Shown one piece after another: positions 32,526 through 43,000 of a stretch of 64,000 nt of DNA. The notes below the pieces were generated by a model, which worked only from the letters and a program-made list of their open reading frames with translations, did not search any database and was not told the DNA's origin. Each line of letters begins with the position of its first letter. Within the stretch, counting starts at the first letter, position 1. The position numbers and the translations under genes are program-made. The stretch is from an uncultured Christensenella sp. (GTDB lineage Bacteria; Bacillota; Clostridia; Christensenellales; UBA1242): NCBI GenBank assembly GCA_964573405.1, contig CAZNJK010000002.1, positions 12,710-76,709 on the forward strand. The letters are read 5' to 3'.

Positions 32526-33137
32526 TTATTTTGTTTTATTAGTCTTTTCATTTGATTCTTTATCTTTCAACAAATCCCTAATTTCCATAAGCAAATCTTC
32601 TTGTGTAGGGTGAAGTTTTCTTTCTTCCATTTGTTGTTTTGCTTTCTCTTCCGCCAAGGCTTTTGCCTTTTCTTCTTGCATTTTCTTCTTCTCGGCTTCG
32701 TGTTCTGCCCATACTTCTTTATATGGTCTACCTTCCGCTTTTGCTTTTATTTTCATTGCCTTTCTTTCGGCACGCACTTCTTTCCTTGACTCTTTCTCTA
32801 TAAATTCTCCCCACTCTTTAAATTTCTCTCGAGAACTATTTACAACCTTAACCATTATAAATACCGACATCGCTATAATAAAGAAATCAATCACCGTCTG
32901 CAAGAAATTCCCATAATTCCAAGTAAGTTGGGTCCCATCTTCGGCGGTTTTTAGCACTACGCTTAGTTCCGCAACACTTGAAGCACCGGTTGCCCATGTA
33001 ATAAGTGGCATCAAAATGTCGTTAACCATACTCGACACAATTTTATTGAATGCAGTCGCAATGATTAAGCCTACAGCCATATCGAAAACATTGCCTTTTG
33101 TAATAAATGTTTTAAACTCTTTAAAAAACTTTTTCAT
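32526..33137 (-). CDS. mscL: Large-conductance mechanosensitive channel MscL with extended K/E-rich C-terminal tail
   Basis: MKKFFKEFKTFITKGNVFDMAVGLIIATAFNKIVSSMVNDILMPLI is the canonical MscL N-terminus. At 203 aa it carries about 70 extra charged residues. Confidence 0.85.
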   Translation of the reverse strand: MKKFFKEFKTFITKGNVFDMAVGLIIATAFNKIVSSMVNDILMPLITWATGASSVAELSVVLKTAEDGTQLTWNYGNFLQTVIDFFIIAMSVFIMVKVVNSSREKFKEWGEFIEKESRKEVRAERKAMKIKAKAEGRPYKEVWAEHEAEKKKMQEEKAKALAEEKAKQQMEERKLHPTQEDLLMEIRDLLKDKESNEKTNKTK

Positions 33138-33415
33138 ATGTTATTTCTCCAAATATACAATATTATATCATATACTAATCATTAATTCAATTATTTTCAC
33201 CCCGCCTTACAACAAATTTAACAAATAATCAACTTTTTACCACCTTAAAATTCCCTTTTCCATCGATTATAATTTATCCATATTTACACCCCTAAAATCT
33301 CTATCCAACGCATTTTATACAATTTCAACATCCAAAAAGTGTCGTAATATTCATAAAAAAAACGATTTTATTTAGTTTTTTTAACTTTATACATTTTGAC
33401 CAAAAAGCACTCAAA

Positions 33416-33467
33416 TCACAATATCTTGTGTTTTAAATTTGACTAAAACACAAGATGTGTATATAAT
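33416..33467 (+). promoter_or_regulatory. nrdD promoter with two NrdR boxes
   Basis: Box 1: TCACAATATCTTGTGT (33416-33431). Box 2: ACACAAGATGTGT (33448-33460). Their centres are about 31 bp apart. Promoter: TTGACT (33439-33444), 17 nt, TATAAT (33462-33467). Box 2 lies in the spacer. Confidence 0.75.
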
Positions 33468-33499
33468 TGGGTCGAGAACATAAGATAAGGAGATTTAAA

Positions 33500-35623
33500 A
33501 TGCAAGTTGTTAAAAGAAATGGTTCAATCGTAGATTTTGACCAAACAAAAATTGAAGTAGCCATTGGCAAAGCCAACGCCGAAATTGACGAAAGCGAGAG
33601 AGCCTCAAGCGAGGAAATTCACGAAATTATAAAGTACATATTGTCATTAAAGAAGAAGAGAATGCTCGTAGAAGACATACAAGACATTATTGAAGAGAAA
33701 TTGATGGCATATAAGCACTTTGAATTGGCTAAAAAGTACATCATATATCGTTATAATCGTGCGTTGATAAGAAAAGCAAATACTACCGACGAGACGATTT
33801 TGACACTTGTAAAAAATAGCAACAAGGAAGTAATGGAAGAAAACTCCAACAAAAACGCAATGCAAGCAAGCACCCAGCGTGACCTTATTGCTGGCGAAGT
33901 TTCAAGGGACATTACCCGACGACTACTTCTTCCACCCGAGATTGCAAAAGCCCACGATGACGGCGTTTTGCACTTCCACGACGCAGATTATTTTGTTCAA
34001 CCTATATTCAACTGCTGTCTTATAAATCTAGGCGATATGCTTGACAACGGCACAGTAATGAACGGGAAATTAATCGAATCACCTAAGAGTTTTCAAGTCG
34101 CTTGTACCATCACTACCCAAATTATCGCTGCCGTTGCTAGCAGTCAATACGGCGGTCAAAGTGTAGACATTAAGCACCTAGGGAAATACTTGAGAGTGAG
34201 CAGAGAGAAGTTTGAAAGGAAATTTAAGGAAGCCGACCCTAACATCAGCGACAACACTCTTAAAAAACTTGTAGACATCAGGCTTAAAGAAGAACTTTCT
34301 GCCGGGGTTCAGACCATTCAATATCAAATCAACACATTAATGACCACCAATGGGCAATCTCCATTTGTAACACTATTTATGCACCTAGACGACAACTACG
34401 AGTATGTTGACGAGTGTGCCATGATAATTGAAGAAATCCTAAAACAACGTTTGCAAGGAATCAAGAATGAAAAGGGCGTATATATAACCCCAGCATTCCC
34501 AAAACTTGTGTATGTGCTTGACGAAAATAACTCCCTAGACGGCGGAAGATTTGATTACATCACAAAACTTGCTTGCAAGTGCAGTGCAAAGAGATTGTAC
34601 CCTGACTACATCTCCGCAAAGAAAATGCGTGAAAATTACGAAGGCAATGTATTTAGCCCTATGGGTTGTAGAAGTTTCCTATCTCCTTGGAAAGATGAAA
34701 ATGGAAACTACAAATTTGAAGGACGATTCAATCAAGGCGTAGTGTCTATTAACTTGCCACAAGTAGCCATCGTTGCTGACGGCGACGAAGATAAGTTTTG
34801 GGAAGAACTTGACAGACGTTGTGAACTTTGCTACAAAGCCCTTATGATTCGCCACGAGTCACTAAAAGGCGTAGTATCGGACACAAGCCCTATTCATTGG
34901 CAATATGGTGCAATTGCCCGCTTAGGCAAAGGTGAAGTAATTGACCCACTATTAGAGAATGGATACTCTTCCATCTCGCTTGGATACATAGGCATCTACG
35001 AAACAACTAAGTTAATGAAAGGTGTATCGCACACCGACCCTAAAGGCACCGAATTTGCCTTGAAAGTTATGAACTTCCTTAACAACAAAACAAAGGAATG
35101 GAAGGACCGCACTGGCATAGGTTTTGCACTATATGGCACGCCTGCCGAGTCACTATGCTACAGATTTGCCCGCATTGACAAGGAAAGATTTGGAATCATT
35201 AAAGACATCACCGATAAAGGATATTACACCAACTCATATCATGTAGATGTAAGAGAAAATATAAACGCATTCGACAAACTTAAATTTGAAAATCAATTCC
35301 AACCTATCTCTTCAGGCGGATGCATATCGTATGTAGAGATTCCTAATCTTCAAAACAACCTAGAAGTTGTAGAACAACTTGTAAAATTCATATACAACAA
35401 CATTCAATACGCCGAATTTAACACTAAGAGTGACTATTGTCATGTATGTGGATATGATGGCGAAATAATAATCAACGACAACAATGAGTGGGAATGCCCG
35501 CAATGTCACAACAAAGACCATTCCAAGATGAATGTTACTCGCCGTACTTGTGGGTATTTGGGCGAAAACTTCTGGAATGCCGGGAAAACAAAAGAAATTA
35601 AGGCAAGGGTGTTGCATTTATAA
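33500..35623 (+). CDS. nrdD: Anaerobic ribonucleoside-triphosphate reductase
   Basis: ATP-cone N-terminus MQVVKRNGSIVDFDQTKI. C-terminal zinc ribbon CHVCGYDG...CPQCHN and glycyl-radical motif RRTCGYLG. SD AAGGAG lies before the ATG at 33500. Confidence 0.92.
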   Translation: MQVVKRNGSIVDFDQTKIEVAIGKANAEIDESERASSEEIHEIIKYILSLKKKRMLVEDIQDIIEEKLMAYKHFELAKKYIIYRYNRALIRKANTTDETILTLVKNSNKEVMEENSNKNAMQASTQRDLIAGEVSRDITRRLLLPPEIAKAHDDGVLHFHDADYFVQPIFNCCLINLGDMLDNGTVMNGKLIESPKSFQVACTITTQIIAAVASSQYGGQSVDIKHLGKYLRVSREKFERKFKEADPNISDNTLKKLVDIRLKEELSAGVQTIQYQINTLMTTNGQSPFVTLFMHLDDNYEYVDECAMIIEEILKQRLQGIKNEKGVYITPAFPKLVYVLDENNSLDGGRFDYITKLACKCSAKRLYPDYISAKKMRENYEGNVFSPMGCRSFLSPWKDENGNYKFEGRFNQGVVSINLPQVAIVADGDEDKFWEELDRRCELCYKALMIRHESLKGVVSDTSPIHWQYGAIARLGKGEVIDPLLENGYSSISLGYIGIYETTKLMKGVSHTDPKGTEFALKVMNFLNNKTKEWKDRTGIGFALYGTPAESLCYRFARIDKERFGIIKDITDKGYYTNSYHVDVRENINAFDKLKFENQFQPISSGGCISYVEIPNLQNNLEVVEQLVKFIYNNIQYAEFNTKSDYCHVCGYDGEIIINDNNEWECPQCHNKDHSKMNVTRRTCGYLGENFWNAGKTKEIKARVLHL

Positions 35624-35625
35624 TA

Positions 35626-35826
35626 TCGCTCGAGATTATCAAAAAATCTATGCTGACTCGCCATTTCCGTTTCACTTCAATGATACGATTTTTTGATATA
35701 TCTCTCGCTCTTGGCTTATTGATATCTTATTTTACTTCGCTCTCGATTATCTAAAATCTATGCTGACTCGCCATTTCCGTTTCACTTCAATGATACGATT
35801 TTTTGATATATCTCTCGCTCTTGGCT
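35626..35826 (+). repeat. Two tandem copies of a ~90-nt hairpin-forming element (period 110 nt) in the nrdD-nrdG spacer
   Basis: 35643-35716 is identical to 35753-35826 (74 nt). Within a unit, CGAGATTATCAAAAAATC ... GATTTTTTGATATATCTCTCG are long terminal inverted repeats around a ~40-nt core. Confidence 0.9.
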
Positions 35827-35950
35827 ATGTTAATTGATTGTTATTTTGCATTGATTTAAATGCAACTTTAATAAATTCAATTAATGCACGGATTTTCATT
35901 AAAATTATTATATTAAAAGTTTATAAAAATATTACATAGGGGCTTTAATT

Positions 35951-36472
35951 ATGAATTATGCTACAATAAAACCGCACGACACCGCCGATGGATATGGTGT
36001 AAGAGTAAGTCTATTTGTAAGTGGCTGTACACACCACTGCAAAGGTTGTTTCAATAGTGAAGCGTGGGATTTTAACTATGGAAATTGCTACACTAAGGAA
36101 ACTGAAGACCAAATAATTGATCTACTCAAAAGGGATTACATTCGTGGGCTCTCGCTACTTGGTGGCGAACCTATGGAACCACAAAATCAAGCGGTGCTTG
36201 TCAATCTAATTAGACGGGTTAAATCAGAACTCCCAGAGAAGGATATCTGGTGTTATTCGGGTTATTTATTTGACCACGACCTAGTAAAGGGCGGAAGAGC
36301 ATACACCGAATATACCGACGAAATTTTGAGCGATTTAGATGTTTTAGTCGATGGCAAATTTGTGGAAGAATTGAAGGACCTAAAGTTGAAATTCCGAGGA
36401 AGTAGCAATCAACGACTTATAGATGTAAAAAATTCGCTTAGCAATCATTCGGTTGTACTGATAGACAAATAA
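35951..36472 (+). CDS. nrdG: Anaerobic ribonucleotide reductase activating protein (radical SAM)
   Basis: GYGVRVSLFVSGCTHHCKGCFN (CxxxCxxC), and located downstream of nrdD. Confidence 0.9.
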   Translation: MNYATIKPHDTADGYGVRVSLFVSGCTHHCKGCFNSEAWDFNYGNCYTKETEDQIIDLLKRDYIRGLSLLGGEPMEPQNQAVLVNLIRRVKSELPEKDIWCYSGYLFDHDLVKGGRAYTEYTDEILSDLDVLVDGKFVEELKDLKLKFRGSSNQRLIDVKNSLSNHSVVLIDK

Positions 36473-36481
36473 CATTTCATT

Positions 36482-36510
36482 AAAAAAATGCCACATCTGT
36501 GGCATTTTTT
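36482..36510. terminator. Bidirectional intrinsic terminator
   Basis: AAAAAAA-ATGCCAC-atct-GTGGCAT-TTTTT. It lies between the stops at 36472 (+) and 36512 (-). Confidence 0.75.
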
Positions 36511-36511
36511 A

Positions 36512-37207
36512 TTACATCGTTTTATCTTGATTATGATATGTTTCCATTAACATTTTGCTAAGTTCCTTTAAACCTATCCCTGCGTCTTGAAGTTCTTTAA
36601 TCGCTTCCTTATACTTTCTTCTCACATCCAAAGTTTGTTCTATTCTCTCTAGTGATCTTAGTGAAAGTCTTCCGTCCGTTTTGTACACGCACTCGTCACC
36701 TTCGTCATTCAAAACCATTCGGAACAATTGTCCAATATCTGCATTTCGTCTATATGTGCCATATATCTTGTCAATCGTGCTGTTCCTTCGGCTCACAATT
36801 TTTTTGTTGTCTTTATCCTTTCGCACAACCACAAAATAATCCTTACTTATTGGATAAATTGCCTTGTTCTTTTCACTAAATGGAATAAGAAGTTCGCCAG
36901 TATTTACATCAATTACACCCTTCTCAAAGCCACGCTCAACAACTACAACTTCCCCCGCCCATTTTCCTAAGGTTAATGTATTTAGTTCGTTATCTCTAGG
37001 ATTAAGGATTCTATAGCGGACATTGTCATAGCCTATATAAAACTTACTATTAGACTGCTCATATATAGGCATAGGAAGTCCACTACCCTTAACAAGGTCT
37101 TCCTTAGTGCAATAATGATGACGTTCTACATCTCTCATCTTCACCATCTCGGCAGACTCTCTTGTTATGTATGATTTTGAGTTTTTGTCCCAATACATTG
37201 TCTCCAT
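36512..37207 (-). CDS. Hypothetical protein (231 aa), possibly WG-repeat-like
   Basis: SD AAGGAG. The segment LGKWAGEVVVVERGFEKGVIDVNTGELLIPFSEKNKAIYPISKDYFVV loosely resembles KWG/WG repeats. No firm family assignment. Confidence 0.5.
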   Translation of the reverse strand: METMYWDKNSKSYITRESAEMVKMRDVERHHYCTKEDLVKGSGLPMPIYEQSNSKFYIGYDNVRYRILNPRDNELNTLTLGKWAGEVVVVERGFEKGVIDVNTGELLIPFSEKNKAIYPISKDYFVVVRKDKDNKKIVSRRNSTIDKIYGTYRRNADIGQLFRMVLNDEGDECVYKTDGRLSLRSLERIEQTLDVRRKYKEAIKELQDAGIGLKELSKMLMETYHNQDKTM

Positions 37208-37370
37208 AATATATCTCCTTAATGATTGTCTATAATTGTAACATACAAATTAAGCATTTTCAAGACCAAAAATTTCAAAATATCAATAAAAACTCGCAAT
37301 AAATTGTTTAATTTTGTATAACAATTATTTTTTATTGTGATATAATAACAAAAAAAAAGGGGTGAAAAAT

Positions 37371-38036
37371 ATGAAAAATAACATCAAAAAGGGTTTAACA
37401 ATCGGCACAATCGTAGGCCTTGGGATATGTGCTTTAATGTTAATCCTAACAATATTTGGAATTAGTTTTTTTGACGGCACAAAATTAAAAATACTTATCA
37501 CATTTGCGTGTCTTACCGTAGGTGGATATTTCTCCATAAGTAGTTATAGCGCACTCGGTCGCAACAAAACGCTAGGAATCATCAGTTTTTGTCTTATATG
37601 GATGTCGGTTGTGCTTATTCTAATCAGCGCGTGGTTCTCTACGCCTAGTGTATTCGGTGACATCACTCTTGCCATCGCACTACTTTCGGTGTTATTTAAT
37701 TTTATCGTATCAAATGTACTAAAACTTGGCAAACACTACCTAATAATTCAAATTATATGTGACCTAATAATAAGCCTACTTATTTTGTTTATTTTACTAC
37801 TAGCATACGGTGTTGTAAAATTCAAAGCCATAACCACGTTCTTCTGGTTGCTTATCGTACTATCGGTTGTTGCTTTCATACTTATGTCGGTACTATCTAG
37901 CAAATTTCGAAATGAAGAAAAAAGCGACGATAACGGAACTCAAAACTACATAAAGATCCCGAAATCCGAATATGACGAACTTCTTAAAAAAGCAAAGCAA
38001 CTAGACGATATCCTTGCATCAAAAGATGAAAAATAA
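37371..38036 (+). CDS. Integral membrane protein (about 6 TM) with charged C-terminal tail, unknown function
   Basis: AGGGGTG lies 6 nt before the ATG at 37371; the listed GTG at 37362 sits inside that SD. Hydrophobic segments run throughout, and the tail is NEEKSDDNGTQNYIKIPKSEYDELLKKAKQLDDI. Confidence 0.6.
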   Translation: MKNNIKKGLTIGTIVGLGICALMLILTIFGISFFDGTKLKILITFACLTVGGYFSISSYSALGRNKTLGIISFCLIWMSVVLILISAWFSTPSVFGDITLAIALLSVLFNFIVSNVLKLGKHYLIIQIICDLIISLLILFILLLAYGVVKFKAITTFFWLLIVLSVVAFILMSVLSSKFRNEEKSDDNGTQNYIKIPKSEYDELLKKAKQLDDILASKDEK

Positions 38037-38040
38037 TATA

Positions 38041-38071
38041 AAAAAAGCAAATGAAAATCATTTGCTTTTTT
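38041..38071. terminator. Bidirectional intrinsic terminator
   Basis: A-run, then GCAAATGA-aaa-TCATTTGC and TTTTTTCTTTT. It lies between 38036 (+) and 38075 (-). Confidence 0.7.
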
Positions 38072-38074
38072 CTT

Positions 38075-39904
38075 TTATTCTTCAGAATGTTTTCTTCTAA
38101 AATCTTCTCTTCCACGCAATGTGTGGTCAAGAGTAATTTTTCTAAGTCTTAGGCTTTGTGGAGTAACTTCCAACAACTCATCATCATTAAGAAATTCTAG
38201 GCTTTCTTCAAGAGTTAGTTTCTTTACTGGCTCTAGTCTAAGAGCATCGTCCGAACTACTGCTTCTTTGGTTGGATAGTTGTTTTTTCTTGCACACATTT
38301 ACAACAATGTCAAGCCCTTTAGGGTTCATTCCGACTATCATCCCGCCATACACTTTTTCGCCCGTCGTAATAATCAATCTGCCCCTATCTTGCACTTGAT
38401 ATAATCCATATTGTACTGCTTCACCCGTTTCAAAAGCAATCAAGGCACCTACATTACGCCTTTCAATGTTTCCCTTAAATGGTTGATAACTGTCAAATAT
38501 GCTACTCATTATTCCTTCACCACGAGTATCGGTCAAGAATTGGCTCTTATATCCAAATAGCCCCCTACTAGGAATTAAATACTCTAGTCTTGTACGGCTA
38601 CCGTGATTCGACATCGTCACAAGTTCGCCTTTTCGACTTCCAATTTCGGTCATTATATTGCCCACACAATCTTCTGGAACATCCGCAACAAATTTATCAA
38701 TAGGTTCATACTTCTTGCCATCAATCTCCTTGTAAATAACCTTTGGCATACTTACTTGGAATTCATATCCGTCACGACGCATATTTTCTATAAGAATAGA
38801 AATGTGCATCTCGCCACGACCTAGTACTCTAAAACTATCGGCACTATCAGTAGGCAAAACCCTAAGCGACAAATCTTTTACGGCTTCTTTTTCAAGTCTT
38901 TCTTTCAAATGTCGGCTTGTGCAGAACTTCCCTTCTTTACCCGCGAATGGGGAATTATTGACCATAAAAGTCATCTCCACACTTGGCTCGCTTATCTTAA
39001 CAAAAGGAATAGGTGTCGCATTCCCCTTAGCACATATGGTGTCACCAATTGTTACATCTGGGCTTCCGGCAATACACACGATGTCGCCCACTTCTGCACT
39101 TGTTACAGGAACTCTTTTAAGCCCTTCGAATTGGAACATATTAACAACTTTAAATCCGTACTTTTTGTCCGCTTCGTGATAATTGACAACTTCCACGCTA
39201 TCGTTGATTTTTACCGACCCGGTTTCCACCTTTCCAATAGCCAATTTACCCAAAAAGTCGTTTTGCTCAGTAGAACTTACAAGCATACTAAATGGCGCGT
39301 TATCATCTCCCTTAGGTGCTGGGATGTAGTCAATAATCTTTTGTAGAAGCGGTCTAAAATCAGTGCCTTCAACCGACATATCAAGTGTGGCAGTACCCAA
39401 TCTACAACTACAATACACAAATGGGCTATTAAGTTGTTCTTCATTAGCGTCAAGTTCTAGCAACAACTCTAGCACTTCATCAACAACTTCCGATACTCTA
39501 CTATCCTTCTTGTCAATTTTGTTAACACACACAATTACCTTATGATTAAGTTCTAGTGCTTTTTGCAAAACAAATCGAGTCTGGGGCATTGGGCCTTCAT
39601 AAGAATCAACAACTAGAATAACTCCATCAACCATCTTCAAAACACGCTCTACTTCTCCGCCGAAATCCGCGTGCCCTGGGGTATCGATAATGTTGATTTT
39701 AACGCCGTTGTAGTTGATTGCGGTGTTCTTACTCAATATTGTAATTCCACGCTCTCTTTCCAAGTCGTTGGAGTCCATAACTCTATCTTTAACTTCTTGA
39801 TTTTCTCTAAAAATTCCGCCTTGCTTTAGCATTTCATTGACCAAACTTGTTTTGCCGTGGTCAACGTGGGCAATAATTGCCACATTCCTTACATTTTTCT
39901 CCAT
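38075..39904 (-). CDS. typA: Translational GTPase TypA/BipA
   Basis: [18 protein letters not shown]...[13 protein letters not shown]...[18 protein letters not shown], 609 aa. Confidence 0.92.
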   Translation of the reverse strand: MEKNVRNVAIIAHVDHGKTSLVNEMLKQGGIFRENQEVKDRVMDSNDLERERGITILSKNTAINYNGVKINIIDTPGHADFGGEVERVLKMVDGVILVVDSYEGPMPQTRFVLQKALELNHKVIVCVNKIDKKDSRVSEVVDEVLELLLELDANEEQLNSPFVYCSCRLGTATLDMSVEGTDFRPLLQKIIDYIPAPKGDDNAPFSMLVSSTEQNDFLGKLAIGKVETGSVKINDSVEVVNYHEADKKYGFKVVNMFQFEGLKRVPVTSAEVGDIVCIAGSPDVTIGDTICAKGNATPIPFVKISEPSVEMTFMVNNSPFAGKEGKFCTSRHLKERLEKEAVKDLSLRVLPTDSADSFRVLGRGEMHISILIENMRRDGYEFQVSMPKVIYKEIDGKKYEPIDKFVADVPEDCVGNIMTEIGSRKGELVTMSNHGSRTRLEYLIPSRGLFGYKSQFLTDTRGEGIMSSIFDSYQPFKGNIERRNVGALIAFETGEAVQYGLYQVQDRGRLIITTGEKVYGGMIVGMNPKGLDIVVNVCKKKQLSNQRSSSSDDALRLEPVKKLTLEESLEFLNDDELLEVTPQSLRLRKITLDHTLRGREDFRRKHSEE

Positions 39905-39920
39905 AATCTTCTCTCCATAA

Positions 39921-39945
39921 AAAAACTAAACTTGATAAAGTTTAG
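39921..39945 (-). terminator. Intrinsic terminator after dnaE, located in the typA leader
   Basis: On the minus strand: CTAAACTT-tatc-AAGTTTAG followed by TTTTTTT, ending about 15 nt before the typA SD (GGAGAG). Confidence 0.6.
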
Positions 39946-40008
39946 TTTTTTAAATTATTGCATATTTTAGCACCATTTAATAAATTTGTAAAGATAATCA
40001 TTATAATT

Positions 40009-43000
40009 TTATTGTAATTTTATAAATTCATCTTTTATATATGCGTGCAATTCATCAATTAACGAGCCTGACGAATCGACGAATAAGTTAAGTTTGTATA
40101 CTTTCCCAGTAGACGCACATCGTACAATTACTGGGGTCGTACCCTTGTATTCTGACAACAATCCATACACTTGATTATGCAATTCCACATCTTGCAAGTC
40201 ATACTTCAAATATAGTGTTTTTGGTTTCTCAACAACTTCTTCCACCTTCACACTCTCTGTTATTAATGGCTCAATTGTATCGACAAGCACCGTTGCTCTC
40301 TCGCCATCTCTCACACTTAATTTGCCTTTAACTCGTACTAAACTATCCACATTGTATTGCCCTTTGTACTTCGCAAAAATATTAGGGAACATCATTAGGT
40401 CAATCGTGCCATACAAATCTTCAATTTTTATAATCGCCATTTCCTTGTTGGATTTTTTCGACAATAGTTTTTTGTATTCGGTCACAATTCCGCCACAACT
40501 AACTTCCATTCCGTCAATTAGCCCGCTATCATTCATCTTTTCGCCGTCATCATCCATATCCATTTGCTCTTCGTTGTCGCTTGTCATAAGCATATCGGCA
40601 GTAAGATTGAACTCAGAGAATTTGTCCACATATTTGCTTAGTGGGTGACCACTCATATATACTCCAGCGACTTCCTTCTCCATTTTCAATTTCGTCTGGT
40701 CATCATATTCGGCAATTATAGGATAATCCACTTTCAAATCGTCTTGCTTTAAGCTCGCATCTTCAAACATACTAAATTGCCCCGTCGCTTGGCGTTTTCT
40801 GTCGCTACTTATCTTGTCTATAATTCCGCTATACACTTGCATAAGTTGTGACCTTTTAACTCCAAAACAATCAAATGCCCCGCTTAAAATTAGGCTTTCT
40901 ACACATCGTTTGTTGTGTGCCGACGAGTCGTTTCTATTTAGAAAATCCGCTATCGACTTGTATTCGCCATTCCTATTTCGCTCTTCTATGATTAGGTCAA
41001 TTACTGAGATTCCGACATTTTTAAGCGCTGCTAGTCCAAATCTAATTTTGCCATCTTTTACACTAAAGAATGTTTGTGATTTGTTGATGTCTGGTGGCAA
41101 AACTTCAATTTTTTCTTCTTTTGCATATGTTATGTAGTTTTTGATTTCGTCCGCATTTGTTATACGGTTGTTAAGCACTGCCGTCAAAAATTCAGATATG
41201 TAGTGGCATTTTAAGTACGCTGTTTGATAACTTACATGAGCATAAGCGGCTGCGTGCGATTTATTAAACGCATACGAACCAAATTTCTCCATTTCGTCCC
41301 ATAGTTTGTTAGCAACTTGTGCGTCAAGCCCCCGCTTTACCGCACCATCAACCGCCGGCTTATTACCTTCCGCTGGGCAACCATTAAGAAATACTTCTCT
41401 CTCCTTTTGTAGGTCCTTAAGTTTCTTTTTACCCATAAACTTACGCACACTATCGGCTCTACCAAGGGTATATCCCGCAAGCACTTGAACAATTTTCATA
41501 ACTTGCTCTTGATATACTATACATCCGTAAGTAACATTCAAAATCGGTTCTAAAAGTGGGCTAACATATGTGATTTTGTCAGGATTGTGCTTGTTTCTGA
41601 CAAATTCTGGAATACTATCCATAGGCCCCGGCCTATACATACTCACACCCGCTATAATGTCTTCAAGACAAGTCGGTTGTAAATCTCTCATAAACTTTTG
41701 GAATCCGCCCGACTCTAATTGGAACACTGCCTTCGTGTTGCCGGCGGAAATCATCTTATACACTTCCGGGTCGTCATATTCCATATGGTCAAAGTCTATA
41801 TCTACGCCATGATTGTCTTTTATGTAGCCTATAGCCATCTTAATATCGGTTAAGTTTCTAAGCCCCAAGAAGTCCATTTTAAGTAGCCCTAGATGTTCTA
41901 GTTCGCCACCTACATATTGGCTAGTTGAAATGTCTCCGTTTTTGGCAAGTGGAATGTGCTTATCCAAGATGTCGCCACCTATAATAACTCCACAAGCATG
42001 TATTCCCGTTTGTCTTGGGCTATCTTCAAGTTTGTATGCAATATCCGCGACTCTTCTAATGTCGTCGTTATTATTGTACATCTCCACAAGTTCGGGAATG
42101 CTCTCATCTGGGTCATCGGGTTTTCTGCCTATTCCAAAGACTTTTGCGATTATATTAGGTCGCTTAACATTGTTAGGAATTGCCTTCGTTACTTGGTCAA
42201 GTTCGCTATATGGCACTTTCAAAACTCGCCCTACATCTTTAATCGCGTTTTTGGCAGCCATTGTTCCAAAGGTGATAATCTTACATACTCGCTCACTGCC
42301 GTATTTTTCCTTAACATAGTCAAAAACTTCACTTCGTCTACTATCTTCAAAATCGACATCAAAATCGGGTGCCGATACACGCTCAGGATTTAGGAAACGC
42401 TCGAAGAACAGACCATATCGCATTGGGTCAACGTTGGTGATTCCTATAAGGTAAGCAACAATACTTCCTACACCACTTCCACGGCCCGGCCCTACGGAGA
42501 TTCCACGCTCTCTGGCGGCATTGATGTAGTCCCACACAATAAGATAATATTCCACATATCCCAACTTCGATATAACGCCCACTTCATACTCTATTCGGTC
42601 GCGAATTTCTTGCGTGATATTTGGATATTTTTTCTTGACACCTTCTTCAATCAAGTCCCTAAAATACTCGTTGGGGTCTTGACCGGTTATAGGCTCGTAC
42701 TTAGGATACATATAATGGCCGTACACAAGTTTGAAATTACACTTATCTGCAATTTCAAGCGTTGTTTCTAGTGCGTCAAGGTCATTAGGGAACGCTTCCG
42801 CCATTTCTTCGTACGACTTAAAATAAAACTCGTCGTTAGGGAATTTCATTCGGTCGGGATCGTCGATTGTCTTACCCATCTGCACGCACATAAGAACATC
42901 TTGAGTCACGCTATCTTCACGATATATATAGTGCACGTCATTAGTTGCAACCGTCTTAATATTGTACTTTTTAGCATATTCTTTTAATTTTATATTAACT

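Noticed and set aside
35650-35844. Small ORFs inside the nrdD-nrdG repeats (MLTRHFRFTSMIRFFDISLALG...).
   Set aside because: They have no SD, and the two copies diverge and terminate differently just outside the repeat. The sequence is better explained as a hairpin-forming repeat.
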